DNA from: Bacteriovoracaceae bacterium
GTDB taxonomy: Bacteria > Bdellovibrionota > Bacteriovoracia > Bacteriovoracales > Bacteriovoracaceae
Assembly: GCA_018649885.1 (NCBI GenBank)
Contig: JABIHA010000041.1
Coordinates: forward strand, 1-53,764
Length of the DNA stretch: 53,764 nt
Direction: 5' to 3'
The translations under genes were made by a program, and so were the position numbers. Shown piece after piece: positions 1 to 9,040 of this stretch. The notes below the pieces were generated by a model that did no database searches, was not told the origin of the DNA, and worked only from the letters and a program-made list of their open reading frames with translations. Numbering within the stretch: the stretch's first letter is position 1; the number at the start of each line of letters is the position of its first letter.

Positions 1-9
1 GGTAAAAAC

Positions 10-540
10 GTGGTAAGCTGCTGGAGCGCTTGGAGGTTAGAAGTGATGATTGAGAAAATGAGTGATGATAAATTATTAAAAAGTGTTCTACTAGAAGTTA
101 AAAAAGAGCTTTTCCCTAAATTAAAAGTCTCTAAAAAAATCTTGGAACTTTTAAATGAGCTGCAAGATCTCACTGGGGAGGATCAGACCAAATTACTTGA
201 AGTGTCCCTTGAAAATAAACTAAAACAAGTTAAAAAATGTGAATTAAAAGCAATTCTAAGGCCTTCTCCAATACAAAGTGTCAGGTCTAGGTATATTTCT
301 CAAGTCATAAAAAGAAAAATTCGAAAAAGAGCAAACTACACCTGCGAGCATGTTAGCATGCACAGAGGGAGGTGCGCTGAATCCAGAAACCTGGAATTTG
401 ATCACCACATCATCCCCTATTCAAAAGGAGGGAAAAATACATTGGAGAATTTAAGACTTGTATGTAGGAACCACAATACCAGGCAATTTGTTTTAGACTT
501 TGGGACCGAATCATTAGAAAAAATCACTCAGAAAAATTAG
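10..540 (+). CDS. HNH endonuclease-domain protein (frame open from position 1, possibly 5'-partial)
   Basis: C-terminal CEH..GRC...LEFDHHIIPYSKGGKNTLENLRLVCRNHN is a typical HNH motif. Confidence 0.85.
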   Translation: MVSCWSAWRLEVMIEKMSDDKLLKSVLLEVKKELFPKLKVSKKILELLNELQDLTGEDQTKLLEVSLENKLKQVKKCELKAILRPSPIQSVRSRYISQVIKRKIRKRANYTCEHVSMHRGRCAESRNLEFDHHIIPYSKGGKNTLENLRLVCRNHNTRQFVLDFGTESLEKITQKN

Positions 541-754
541 CTCATTAAACTTCCATTTTTTTGTTTATTAAAAAGAAAAAATCTGCTTAAAAATCGGTTT
601 TGGGGGGGGGTACTCTTTTAGGACTAGATGCAATCAACGCGCTAAGTCCCATTGATGTAATGTACCAAAATACTAAAATAAGAACGCGACTATAGAACTC
701 CTACCAAAGTTTAAAATTCAATAAGTGTATCTAGGAGTAGAAACTAGGATTGCT

Positions 755-1390
755 TTAGCCTACAACTTGCTGCTTTCCAATTTCAACACCACTTATAAAT
801 GCTTTAGTATTGATTTCTTTGAATTTGGGAGGCATTTTTTCGGAGATGATTCCCCAGAACTCGTCCATATTGCATGGAAGAAGGCCACTTCCCAAGAGGC
901 ATCCTAGGAAGACCATGTTGAGGGCCTTTTTTTCTCCGGCCTTTTCTGCTAGCTCTGTAGCATCTATGACACTGACTTTTGATGTTTTGGATTTAACGTC
1001 TTTAATGAGATCTGAAACTTCAGGGTATTTTCCATCGCCTTTTTTGTGGATGTATTCTTGTCCCAAGACAAAAGGCAAAATGGGTGTGGAGTTCATGAAG
1101 ACCACACTTTTACTGGACATAGAGTTCAGGGCCCTTGCCGTTTCAGCTGGTTCAAGGCCAAGAACTACGTCGGCATCTCCATTTTTAAGGGCAGAGCTTA
1201 GGCCGCAATTTACAAGAACGGCTGCTTGAACACTGCCGCCTCTTTGGGCCATACCGTGAAGTTGAGAGCTCACTACATCAAGGCCCATTTCAACAAGTGT
1301 TTCTGTTAGTATGCTGGCTGCGGTAAGAACACCTTGGCCACCTGTTCCTGCAAATAGAATTCTCGTTTTTACAGCGCTATTGTTTTGCAC
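755..1390 (-). CDS. iorB: Indolepyruvate:ferredoxin oxidoreductase beta subunit
   Basis: GTGGQG, HGMAQRGGSV and EPAE motifs; overlaps the iorA stop. Confidence 0.93.
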   Translation of the reverse strand: MQNNSAVKTRILFAGTGGQGVLTAASILTETLVEMGLDVVSSQLHGMAQRGGSVQAAVLVNCGLSSALKNGDADVVLGLEPAETARALNSMSSKSVVFMNSTPILPFVLGQEYIHKKGDGKYPEVSDLIKDVKSKTSKVSVIDATELAEKAGEKKALNMVFLGCLLGSGLLPCNMDEFWGIISEKMPPKFKEINTKAFISGVEIGKQQVVG

Positions 1391-3263
1391 AAGCTTCTCC
1401 AGATTTACTTATAATTGATATAGCATCAGTGTGACAGCCTCTTGCACAAAGATCACAACCGTCACAAAGCTCTTCGTCAATTGTGTATACCCCATCAACT
1501 ACTAAAATGGCCGGACAACCCAACTGACGAACACAAAGAGAGCACTCGGTGCAAAGCTCTTGGTCAATTTGGTAGGCCTCTCTTTTTTCTTTAGTGATTC
1601 TATTTTTATGTATTACACATGGGGAGTTGCAAATGACGACATTGACTCCCTCTGAGTTTTTTACATCCTTTAAAGCAGTCAATATTTCAGTTTCATTGAA
1701 AGGATCAACCAGGTGCACCTTTTTGACTCCCACTCCTTTAACTGCATCTTCAATAGAGAAGTGGGCAAGCTCTGCTTTCACCTCAATGTCAGGATTATTG
1801 CTGGAAGTGAGACTGGGTTGGAATCCAGTCATTGCTGTAATGTAATTATCTAGAATAACAACAGTGATATTATCATTTGCCTGAACAGCGTTAGCTAGGG
1901 CCGGTAGTCCACTGTGAAAAAAGGTAGAATCCCCAATGTAGGCCACAGTTCTTTTTTTAGTAACTCTCGATATTCCACTGGCCTGGGAAATTGATGATCC
2001 CATACATAAGAGCATATCGCAGGCGTTGAGTGGTTCTCCGTAGCCTAGAGTGTAGCAGCCGATATCATTGCAATATACAGTCTTCTTACCAAAGACTTTA
2101 TTGACCATGTGAAAACTGGTTCTATGTGGACATCCAGGGCATAGGACAGGAGGTCTTGCGGGAAGCTCAGTCTGCGGAGCCTCTTCTACCTCTTCCATCT
2201 CCTCTAAATTCAAAAAGGCCCTGATCCCCTTTTCAGCTAACTCTGGAGACGATTCAAATTCCCATGGGAAGTGATTGCTGAGTTTTCCAAAAACATCTTT
2301 TTGAATTTTATTTTTAAATAAGTAAAGGCTCACCCACTCTTCTACAAATGGAGTTAGCTCTTCAACTACTAAAATGTCATCTACCTGTGTACAAAAACTA
2401 TCAATGATTTTTTCAGGGATAGGATAAGCTCCAATTTGCTGAAGGCACACACTATCCCAGAGGTTTAAATCATCTATTACTTGGTGAGCATAAGTGTAGG
2501 CAACTCCACTTGCAATGATTCCTTTTTTTCCAGAACCTGATCTGGGGAAAAAGTTAGATTCACCAAGGAGCTCCTCAGCCAATTTCATTCTCTGGGTGAG
2601 CTCGACTCTCATTCTTCTAGCATTGACGGGAATGGGTACATATTTTTGAGGGTTCTTTGTAAAACCCACTTCTTTTTTTTCACTTGGTAAGTCACCCATC
2701 TCAACCATCCCAGTTGAATGGCAAACTCTGGTTGTAGGTCTCATAATAACCGGGAGTCTTGTTTTCTCTGAAAACTCAAAAGCGTACTTAGTCATTTGGA
2801 GAGCATCATCAGCAGTAGCGGGATCAAAAATAGGATAATAGAGAAATTTATTTAAATGCCTTTGATCTTGCTCATTGGGGCTTGTTAAGCATGATGGGTC
2901 GCCTGCTGAAACAATTACCATTCCCGCTTCAACTCCAACGTAAGGCATGGTAGACACGGGATCTCCGGCTGACATTAAACCAAGGTGCTTCATACTACAC
3001 ATTGAACGAGCTCCTGCCAGACTAGCGGCATAAGCAATTTCAACGGCTATTTTTTCATTCACTGAATATTCAAATTCAATACCCATTTCGCGAGAAATTT
3101 TTGCAGTGGTATCGGCAACTTCGGAGGAGGGAGTTCCGGGGTAGCAAGAAAAAAACTGGACTCCAGCTTCGAGACCGCCACGAACAATGGCGTTATTTCC
3201 CAGCAGGCTGGCCTTTGAGCCTTTTTTTTCTAAAAGTTTGATACTTTTGGTGGATGCACCCAT
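1377..3263 (-). CDS. iorA: Indolepyruvate:ferredoxin oxidoreductase alpha subunit
   Basis: LGNNAIVRG, YPGTPSSE, NEKIAVE, RPPVLCPGCPHR, DIGCYTLG and the TPP motif GDSTFFHSG; C-terminal 2x[4Fe-4S] motifs; AGGAG RBS at 3269-3273. Confidence 0.95.
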   Translation of the reverse strand: MGASTKSIKLLEKKGSKASLLGNNAIVRGGLEAGVQFFSCYPGTPSSEVADTTAKISREMGIEFEYSVNEKIAVEIAYAASLAGARSMCSMKHLGLMSAGDPVSTMPYVGVEAGMVIVSAGDPSCLTSPNEQDQRHLNKFLYYPIFDPATADDALQMTKYAFEFSEKTRLPVIMRPTTRVCHSTGMVEMGDLPSEKKEVGFTKNPQKYVPIPVNARRMRVELTQRMKLAEELLGESNFFPRSGSGKKGIIASGVAYTYAHQVIDDLNLWDSVCLQQIGAYPIPEKIIDSFCTQVDDILVVEELTPFVEEWVSLYLFKNKIQKDVFGKLSNHFPWEFESSPELAEKGIRAFLNLEEMEEVEEAPQTELPARPPVLCPGCPHRTSFHMVNKVFGKKTVYCNDIGCYTLGYGEPLNACDMLLCMGSSISQASGISRVTKKRTVAYIGDSTFFHSGLPALANAVQANDNITVVILDNYITAMTGFQPSLTSSNNPDIEVKAELAHFSIEDAVKGVGVKKVHLVDPFNETEILTALKDVKNSEGVNVVICNSPCVIHKNRITKEKREAYQIDQELCTECSLCVRQLGCPAILVVDGVYTIDEELCDGCDLCARGCHTDAISIISKSGEACAKQ

Positions 3264-3279
3264 CACTACTCCTTATACT

Positions 3280-3385
3280 TATACTGATCCCAGTTTGAAT
3301 TTCAAGTGGTGTATTCCTCATCGGAGTGTGCTTACACGCCTTCTTCGTCATCCACTCACTTGAAATCCAAACTGGAATCAGTATA
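3280..3385. repeat. 106-bp ERIC/MITE-like inverted-repeat element with TATAC...GTATA ends
   Basis: Arms 3280-3308 and 3357-3385 are reverse complements at 27/29 positions; a small internal hairpin lies at about 3323-3340. Confidence 0.8.
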
Positions 3386-3571
3386 TTCTTTGTACAACCA
3401 CTTAAATTCCAAAATATAAAATTGATGGTTTGAGAAAAACCGTATTCAATTTTCATGAAAAAATACATGAGCCCCATCATGTAACCCCAGTAATAAATAG
3501 GTAAAAATTCTCCTGAACAAAAAGTAGCGACCATCTGCATTGCGACGAATCAAAAACAATGTCTGATTCCA

Positions 3572-3600
3572 TTGACAAAAGGGCCATGCATGAGTAGTTT
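3572..3600 (+). promoter_or_regulatory. sigma70 promoter of the tetR-bcr operon
   Basis: TTGACA (3572-3577), 17-nt spacer, TAGTTT (3595-3600). Confidence 0.7.
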
Positions 3601-3603
3601 TCT

Positions 3604-3625
3604 ACATACTGACCAGTTGGTATGT
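3604..3625. promoter_or_regulatory. Putative TetR operator
   Basis: Imperfect palindrome ACATACTGAC-CA-GTTGGTATGT (8/10 arm match) covering the expected transcription start, just upstream of tetR. Confidence 0.7.
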
Positions 3626-3668
3626 TTGAGTTTGGCTTTTAATTACAAGTAGTTATAGGGAGTTTTCT

Positions 3669-4280
3669 ATTTTATCATCACGCTCAGAAACGACTATTTC
3701 TACCATCCTCGAAAGGGCCTCTGAGCTCTTTATTGCCAAAAACTATGCTGACGTAACCATGGATCAAATTGCTGGAAGTGCAAAGGTGACAAAGGGTGCC
3801 CTCTATCATCACTTCCCTAGTAAAGAGGCCTTGTATCTTCGTCTGATGCAAGACGATTTGAATTCAAAGAAACAATGTTTTGAAAAAGCTGTCACAAAAA
3901 GCGATAGCTGCCGCGAAAGACTCTACCAATTAACCTATGAGTTTTTCTGCTTGCCCAGACCCAAGCAAGAGCTAATTAGATTAATTAGAAGAGATAATAA
4001 TATTTTTAATGGTGATGTCAGATCCCTGTTAATTCAATCCTACCAAGAGTCTCTTCCCCAAATAATAGAACAAGTGATTAAAGACGGAATTGAAAACGGT
4101 GAACTAAAAGAAGGTGATCCCAGACTCCTGTCTTGGTTTTACGTCTCTTTAATTGAATGCACATTAAGACCATACTCAGATCAAATATTTGAAGATATCA
4201 ACTCAAAAATTGAGCACACCCTGGATTTCTTTTTTACTGGGGCCTGTACAAAAACGAAGAGGAATGAACATGAGCTTTGA
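3669..4280 (+). CDS. TetR/AcrR family transcriptional regulator (probable ATT start; first ATG is at 3759)
   Basis: HTH MDQIAGSAKVTKGALYHHFPSKEALY. The in-frame upstream segment RSETTISTILERASELFIAKNYADVT corresponds to TetR helix 1. Confidence 0.88.
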   Translation: MLSSRSETTISTILERASELFIAKNYADVTMDQIAGSAKVTKGALYHHFPSKEALYLRLMQDDLNSKKQCFEKAVTKSDSCRERLYQLTYEFFCLPRPKQELIRLIRRDNNIFNGDVRSLLIQSYQESLPQIIEQVIKDGIENGELKEGDPRLLSWFYVSLIECTLRPYSDQIFEDINSKIEHTLDFFFTGACTKTKRNEHEL

Positions 4281-5433
4281 AACTTTCCCCGAATGGCGAG
4301 GCAAAGAACTAGATGAGATTCTCTACGAGTGTAGAGAATTACTTGAAGACACTGAATACCCTACCATTAACAGATGGAGACAAAATGGGGGAAAGGTAGC
4401 TGGTCATTTTCAGGTCTACTTTCCCGAAGAAATTGCTCACGCAGCTGGTATGCTTCCAGTTAAAATGGGTGGTGCTCCCGTTGAGCCCAATAGTGCTGAC
4501 TCTCATTTTGGATCTTATCTTTGCTCAATTATAAAAACCTCTCTCGAAGTGGCCTTAAATGAAAAGGTGAAGCTAGATCTTTTTATCTCTCATCCTATAT
4601 GTGATGCTGCTAGAAATTTGGCGGCGATATTTGGGAGAAACTTCGACTATCCTTGCCAGATTCTATACCTTCCTCAAAATCCCAATTCATCACATAGTCT
4701 TCAATACCTCACTGATGAGTATGGAAGACTCAAGAGGCTTGTCGAGGAAATTACAGGAAATAAAATTACTGATGAAAAACTTCGGGCATCTATTGAAGTC
4801 TACAACCAAAATAGGCAATACCTGCGAGAAATTTACGACATTAAACGTGATACACCATGGCTTCTGACAGCTGATGAGGGTTACGCCCTACTTGCTATTG
4901 GTGGACTTATTCCAAGAGAAGAACACAACGAAGTATTAAAAACAGTAATCCCTTTAATTAAAAGTAGAGTCAGAAAAAAAGAAGATCGAATCAGACTTGT
5001 TTTTGAGGGAGGATTTTGTGAGCAGCCACCTCTAGATCTTATTCGGATGCTGGGTCAAACTTGCTACCTTGTGGATGATGATTTTTTAATTGGAATGCGC
5101 TGGATTTTATCAGATGTAAGTTTGGAGGGTGAACCTCTTAGAAATCTTGCACACTCCTATCTTGAAGACTCAAGCTATAGCCCTGTTCAACACGATAACA
5201 GAAAACCCAAAGAAGAAATGTTACTCAAAAGAATCGAAGCTTGTGATGCTGGAGCTGTCATTATTGCGGCGGCAAAAATGTGTGAGCCAGGCCTTGAAGA
5301 GCAGGTTGCCTATACCCACGAATTAGATAGAAAGGGAATCCCCTACTTTGTCACTGAGTTTGAAGAGAATATGAATTCCTTTGATCACTTAGAAATGCAA
5401 GTAGACACCTTTTTAGAAAATTTATTATTTTAA
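4270..5433 (+). CDS. bcrC: Benzoyl-CoA reductase subunit C-like (BcrC/BadD/HgdB family)
   Basis: FPEEIAHAAGMLP, SYLCS, ICDAARNL, ITDEKLRASIEVYN, FCEQPPL and KMCEP motifs recall Thauera BcrC; GAGG RBS precedes ATG 4270. Confidence 0.8.
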   Translation: MSFETFPEWRGKELDEILYECRELLEDTEYPTINRWRQNGGKVAGHFQVYFPEEIAHAAGMLPVKMGGAPVEPNSADSHFGSYLCSIIKTSLEVALNEKVKLDLFISHPICDAARNLAAIFGRNFDYPCQILYLPQNPNSSHSLQYLTDEYGRLKRLVEEITGNKITDEKLRASIEVYNQNRQYLREIYDIKRDTPWLLTADEGYALLAIGGLIPREEHNEVLKTVIPLIKSRVRKKEDRIRLVFEGGFCEQPPLDLIRMLGQTCYLVDDDFLIGMRWILSDVSLEGEPLRNLAHSYLEDSSYSPVQHDNRKPKEEMLLKRIEACDAGAVIIAAAKMCEPGLEEQVAYTHELDRKGIPYFVTEFEENMNSFDHLEMQVDTFLENLLF

Positions 5434-5454
5434 AAAAAATTGTGAGGAGTTAAT

Positions 5455-6747
5455 ATGAATTCAACACCTGAAAATAAAATTGTCGGAAGAGGAAACCGTG
5501 ATGGTGCCGCCCTTTTTCGAGATTGGTACAATGATCTATCCCAAACGGCCGAGACAGATGGAAGGGCCGCCTATGTTTTTGTTATGGGTAGTTTAAATGA
5601 AATTTTAAAATCCTTTGATATGCCGGTTGTTTTTCCTGAGATTAATTCTCTTCAAACAGCTGTAAGAAGAGTCGCCCATGACTACCTTGATGAAGCGGAA
5701 GATCACGGCTACTCTCCAGATATTTGTGGCTACGTCAAAGCCGACTACGCCGTTCAAAAAAGAGGTGGTGAACACCCCATGGGAAAAATCCCCAAGCCAT
5801 CAATCGCTGTTTTAACAAATGCCTGTAACACCTATATAAAATGGGCCGAAATTTGGGAGAGAATGTATGACATTCCAATTTTCACCATGGATATTCCAGG
5901 CACAAGGCAAGGCGGAAAACCTTCACTCGAAGGTAGTGTAGATTTTGAAAATGACCGCCGATACGTTGAGGCCCAAATTAGAGAGCTGATCACTCTTTGT
6001 GAAAAAGTCACAGGGAAAAAATTTGATATCGACAAACTCAGAGAGGTCTTAAAAAATACTAACTCTCTTCACTCTAGTTGGGAAAAAGTTATCACTCTCA
6101 ACCAAAATACCCCTGCTGTATTTAATGCCCTAACGGATGGAACAATCTTTTTGGGTGTGGCCAATGGCCTTAAAGGAACTCCAGAAGGTGCAAAATACTT
6201 CAAAGAGCTAGTAGAAGAAATGGAGTACAAAGTAAAAAATGGGATCGGCACATTAACTGAAGAGCAGTACCGCTTAGTTTTTGTAGGAGTTCCCTGTTAC
6301 CCCATTTTTAGACGCTTTAATGAGCTCTTTACCGATTGGGGTGGAACATTTATCAACTCAACATATCTTTGGTTCGCTTCAGGTGGCGCCAACAGAGGAT
6401 TCCAATACGATTTAGAAGATCCTATAAAAAGTCTTTCCATTGGACTTTTAATGAGTGTACGAGATGCTATGGACAGTATGTTTCATCAAGAAATTATGGT
6501 CGAGTCCATGGTCAAAGACTTCAAAATCGATGGCATTATCTATCACCCCATAAAAAGCTGCAGGACTGTTTCAACAGGTCTTGCTGATAGTCGCTACCAT
6601 CTTTCCAAAAAGATTGATGTACCCAGCCTATTTATTGAATCAGACATGATGGACCGCCGGGTTGTTACCGAGGCCCAAATGAAAAATAGAATTGATGCAT
6701 ATTTTGAAGGACTCGCCTCACGCAGACAAAGAATGGGCGCACATTAA
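5455..6747 (+). CDS. bcrB: Benzoyl-CoA reductase subunit B-like (BcrB/BadE/HgdA family)
   Basis: GSLNEI, DICGYVKAD, KFDIDKLRE, IKSCR and FIESDMMD motifs with three conserved Cys ligands. Confidence 0.8.
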   Translation: MNSTPENKIVGRGNRDGAALFRDWYNDLSQTAETDGRAAYVFVMGSLNEILKSFDMPVVFPEINSLQTAVRRVAHDYLDEAEDHGYSPDICGYVKADYAVQKRGGEHPMGKIPKPSIAVLTNACNTYIKWAEIWERMYDIPIFTMDIPGTRQGGKPSLEGSVDFENDRRYVEAQIRELITLCEKVTGKKFDIDKLREVLKNTNSLHSSWEKVITLNQNTPAVFNALTDGTIFLGVANGLKGTPEGAKYFKELVEEMEYKVKNGIGTLTEEQYRLVFVGVPCYPIFRRFNELFTDWGGTFINSTYLWFASGGANRGFQYDLEDPIKSLSIGLLMSVRDAMDSMFHQEIMVESMVKDFKIDGIIYHPIKSCRTVSTGLADSRYHLSKKIDVPSLFIESDMMDRRVVTEAQMKNRIDAYFEGLASRRQRMGAH

Positions 6748-6763
6748 AGCTAAGGAGTAAAAA

Positions 6764-7579
6764 ATGGCCTACGCAGCTGGTGTTGATGTTGGATCAACCC
6801 AAACTAAAGCAGTCATTATTGATGAAAATAGAAAAATCGTTGGACGTGCCCTAACAGACACCGGCGCCAATGTGATTCAGGCAGCACAAAATTGTTTTGC
6901 CATTGCTCTCAAAGATTCAGGCCTCCCTGAAGAAGAAGTTGAGTATGTCATAGGCACTGGTTATGGCCGCTATAAAGTGACTTTTGGAAATGCCCAGATC
7001 ACCGAGATTAGCTGTCATGGTCGAGGTGCTGTTCATATGTTTCCAAAGACTAAAACAGTTGTGGACATGGGTGGCCAGGACACCAAGGCCATCAGTGTGG
7101 GACCAGACGGTGATATTATTGATTTCTGTATGAACGATAAATGCGCAGCCGGCACGGGACGTTTTCTAGGAGCTGCCTCCATGGCCTTAGATATTCCTCT
7201 AGATGATCTTGGACCGACAGCACTAAAGTACAACCGGCCAGTGAAAATATCCACCACCTGCACAGTTTTTGCAGAATCAGAAGTACTCTCCTGGCTCGGT
7301 AAAGGAAAAAAAATTGAAGACATCCTATGGGGAGTCCACCAATCGATTGCCTCACGATCAGCTGGTTTAATGAGAAGAGTTGGAGTTGAGGACGAAGTTA
7401 CTTTCACAGGTGGTGTCACAAAAAATGTCGCCATGGTTAAAGCACTGGAAGAAAGACTTGGTAAACAGCTCAATGTAAGTGATGACTCCCACTACATGGG
7501 TGCACTTGGGGCCTCACTTTTTGCCCTCGATCATATTATCTCCAGCAGAACCCCTCAACTTGAAAAGGAGAATGCCTAA
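6764..7579 (+). CDS. ASKHA-type activator ATPase subunit (BadF/BadG/BcrA/BcrD family; BzdQ/HgdC-like)
   Basis: [34 protein letters not shown] and CTVFAESE motifs. Confidence 0.92.
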   Translation: MAYAAGVDVGSTQTKAVIIDENRKIVGRALTDTGANVIQAAQNCFAIALKDSGLPEEEVEYVIGTGYGRYKVTFGNAQITEISCHGRGAVHMFPKTKTVVDMGGQDTKAISVGPDGDIIDFCMNDKCAAGTGRFLGAASMALDIPLDDLGPTALKYNRPVKISTTCTVFAESEVLSWLGKGKKIEDILWGVHQSIASRSAGLMRRVGVEDEVTFTGGVTKNVAMVKALEERLGKQLNVSDDSHYMGALGASLFALDHIISSRTPQLEKENA

Positions 7580-8403
7580 TGTCTACTATCACGGCCGGAA
7601 TTGATGTTGGCTCCACCTACACAAAAACAATTTTATTAGATGAGAATCAAAAAGTACTCGCCAAAGATCTTAGGCATACTGGTTTTAAGCTCAAACAAGT
7701 AGCAAGAGAATCTTTCGATGCCTGTATTGCCAGCATTGGAAAAAAAGAAAGCGATATTGATTATATTGTGGCCACTGGAACTGGAAGACACCTAGTTGAT
7801 TTCAAAGACTTGGCCGTTACTGATATTACGGCCACTGCCAGAGGAACGACTCACCTTTTCCCTAAAACCCTTACAGTCCTTGATATTGGTGGCCAAACCA
7901 TGAAGTCATCAAGGCTAGACGAAAATAAGAAAGTTCTCTCTTTTAGACTAAATGATAAGTGTGCAGCCGGCACTGGAGCCTTCTTAGAAAAGACAGCAAA
8001 GTATATGGGTTTCCAAACAGAGGAAATCAGTCCCCTCTTATCAACATCAAAAGAGCCGGTTCCCATCTCTGGGGTCTGCGCAGTTTTTGCTGAATCAGAA
8101 GTCATCAACCACCTCTCCCTTGGTGCACCTCCTTCAGATATTATGCAAGGAGCGATCGAGTCCCTTGTAAGCCGAGCACTTCAACTTATAAAACGAGTGA
8201 AAGGTGAGCCGGAGTTTACTCTGGTTGGTGGCATCATGAGATTTACCACCATGGCAGATTCTATTCACAAGCAACTTGAAAAAGATGTCAATGTTCCACC
8301 TGAGGATATGGTCCAATTTATGGCCTGCCTAGGAGCCGCCATATTGGCCGGGATTCGACTTGAAAAAGTAGGAAGAACAACTGAAGCAGTGGCACAAGCT
8401 TAA
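7579..8403 (+). CDS. Second ASKHA-type activator ATPase subunit (BcrD/BzdP-like)
   Basis: [25 protein letters not shown] and CAVFAESE motifs; TAATG coupling to the previous gene. Confidence 0.92.
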   Translation: MSTITAGIDVGSTYTKTILLDENQKVLAKDLRHTGFKLKQVARESFDACIASIGKKESDIDYIVATGTGRHLVDFKDLAVTDITATARGTTHLFPKTLTVLDIGGQTMKSSRLDENKKVLSFRLNDKCAAGTGAFLEKTAKYMGFQTEEISPLLSTSKEPVPISGVCAVFAESEVINHLSLGAPPSDIMQGAIESLVSRALQLIKRVKGEPEFTLVGGIMRFTTMADSIHKQLEKDVNVPPEDMVQFMACLGAAILAGIRLEKVGRTTEAVAQA

Positions 8404-8404
8404 G

Positions 8405-8641
8405 ATGGCCGTGGATGAAAAAGAAATTAAAGGCTGCCCCAAACTTCTTAGTGAAGGCTGGAAAAAGAGACACCTAGTCGACCCTGACAGGGCAGCTGAA
8501 TCCATAGAGCTCTATGAAAGCATGGGACTCGAGGCCATCGCCAAAAAACTAGACCCTAAAGACCTCGGTGATAGCTGCGAAGGGTGCAAAAGTGCTCTTT
8601 GCACCAACTATCTAATGGTTTACACCAAAGTCAAAAAATAG
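8405..8641 (+). CDS. Small Cys-containing hypothetical protein closing the bcr-like operon
   Basis: Starts 1 nt after the previous stop; contains GCP and CEGCxxxxC. Confidence 0.75.
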   Translation: MAVDEKEIKGCPKLLSEGWKKRHLVDPDRAAESIELYESMGLEAIAKKLDPKDLGDSCEGCKSALCTNYLMVYTKVKK

Positions 8642-8759
8642 TGTTCTTTTTACACACTACCCTCAGTAAACAATTCCAGGTTCATTAAGCTTTCATTAAC
8701 AGGCATTGAGCCAGATCCCACTCCCCGTTAAACTCTCATAGCACTAACGGAGAATCCAT

Positions 8760-9026
8760 ATGACACTATTTAAAGCATTTAGCACTCTAGTACTTTGCCT
8801 TTCTTGGACATCCATAGCACTCAGTGCTTACGACACTGAAGTGAAACGAATAGACAGCTCACAAGTAAGAGTTGAAAACCTTCAGCTGCAACACTCAGGA
8901 AAAGCCTTTGATCGATTCTATCGTATTATCGATAATGATAAAGGTGTTACTTGTTATATTATTAGCTCTGGCTCAATACAGTCATCAAGTAGTACTAGTA
9001 GCTCTATACAATGTATCAAGCTCTAG
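8760..9026 (+). CDS. Small secreted hypothetical protein
   Basis: GGAG RBS, signal-peptide-like N-terminus, two Cys in the mature part. Confidence 0.7.
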   Translation: MTLFKAFSTLVLCLSWTSIALSAYDTEVKRIDSSQVRVENLQLQHSGKAFDRFYRIIDNDKGVTCYIISSGSIQSSSSTSSSIQCIKL

Positions 9027-9040
9027 GATAGCAAATACTG

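Noticed and set aside
3193..3540. 115-aa minus-strand ORF upstream of iorA
   Set aside because: It overlaps iorA out of frame, runs through the inverted-repeat element and has no recognisable motif; likely spurious.
4189..4269. N-terminal extension of bcrC in the ORF track
   Set aside because: It overlaps tetR; the RBS supports ATG 4270.
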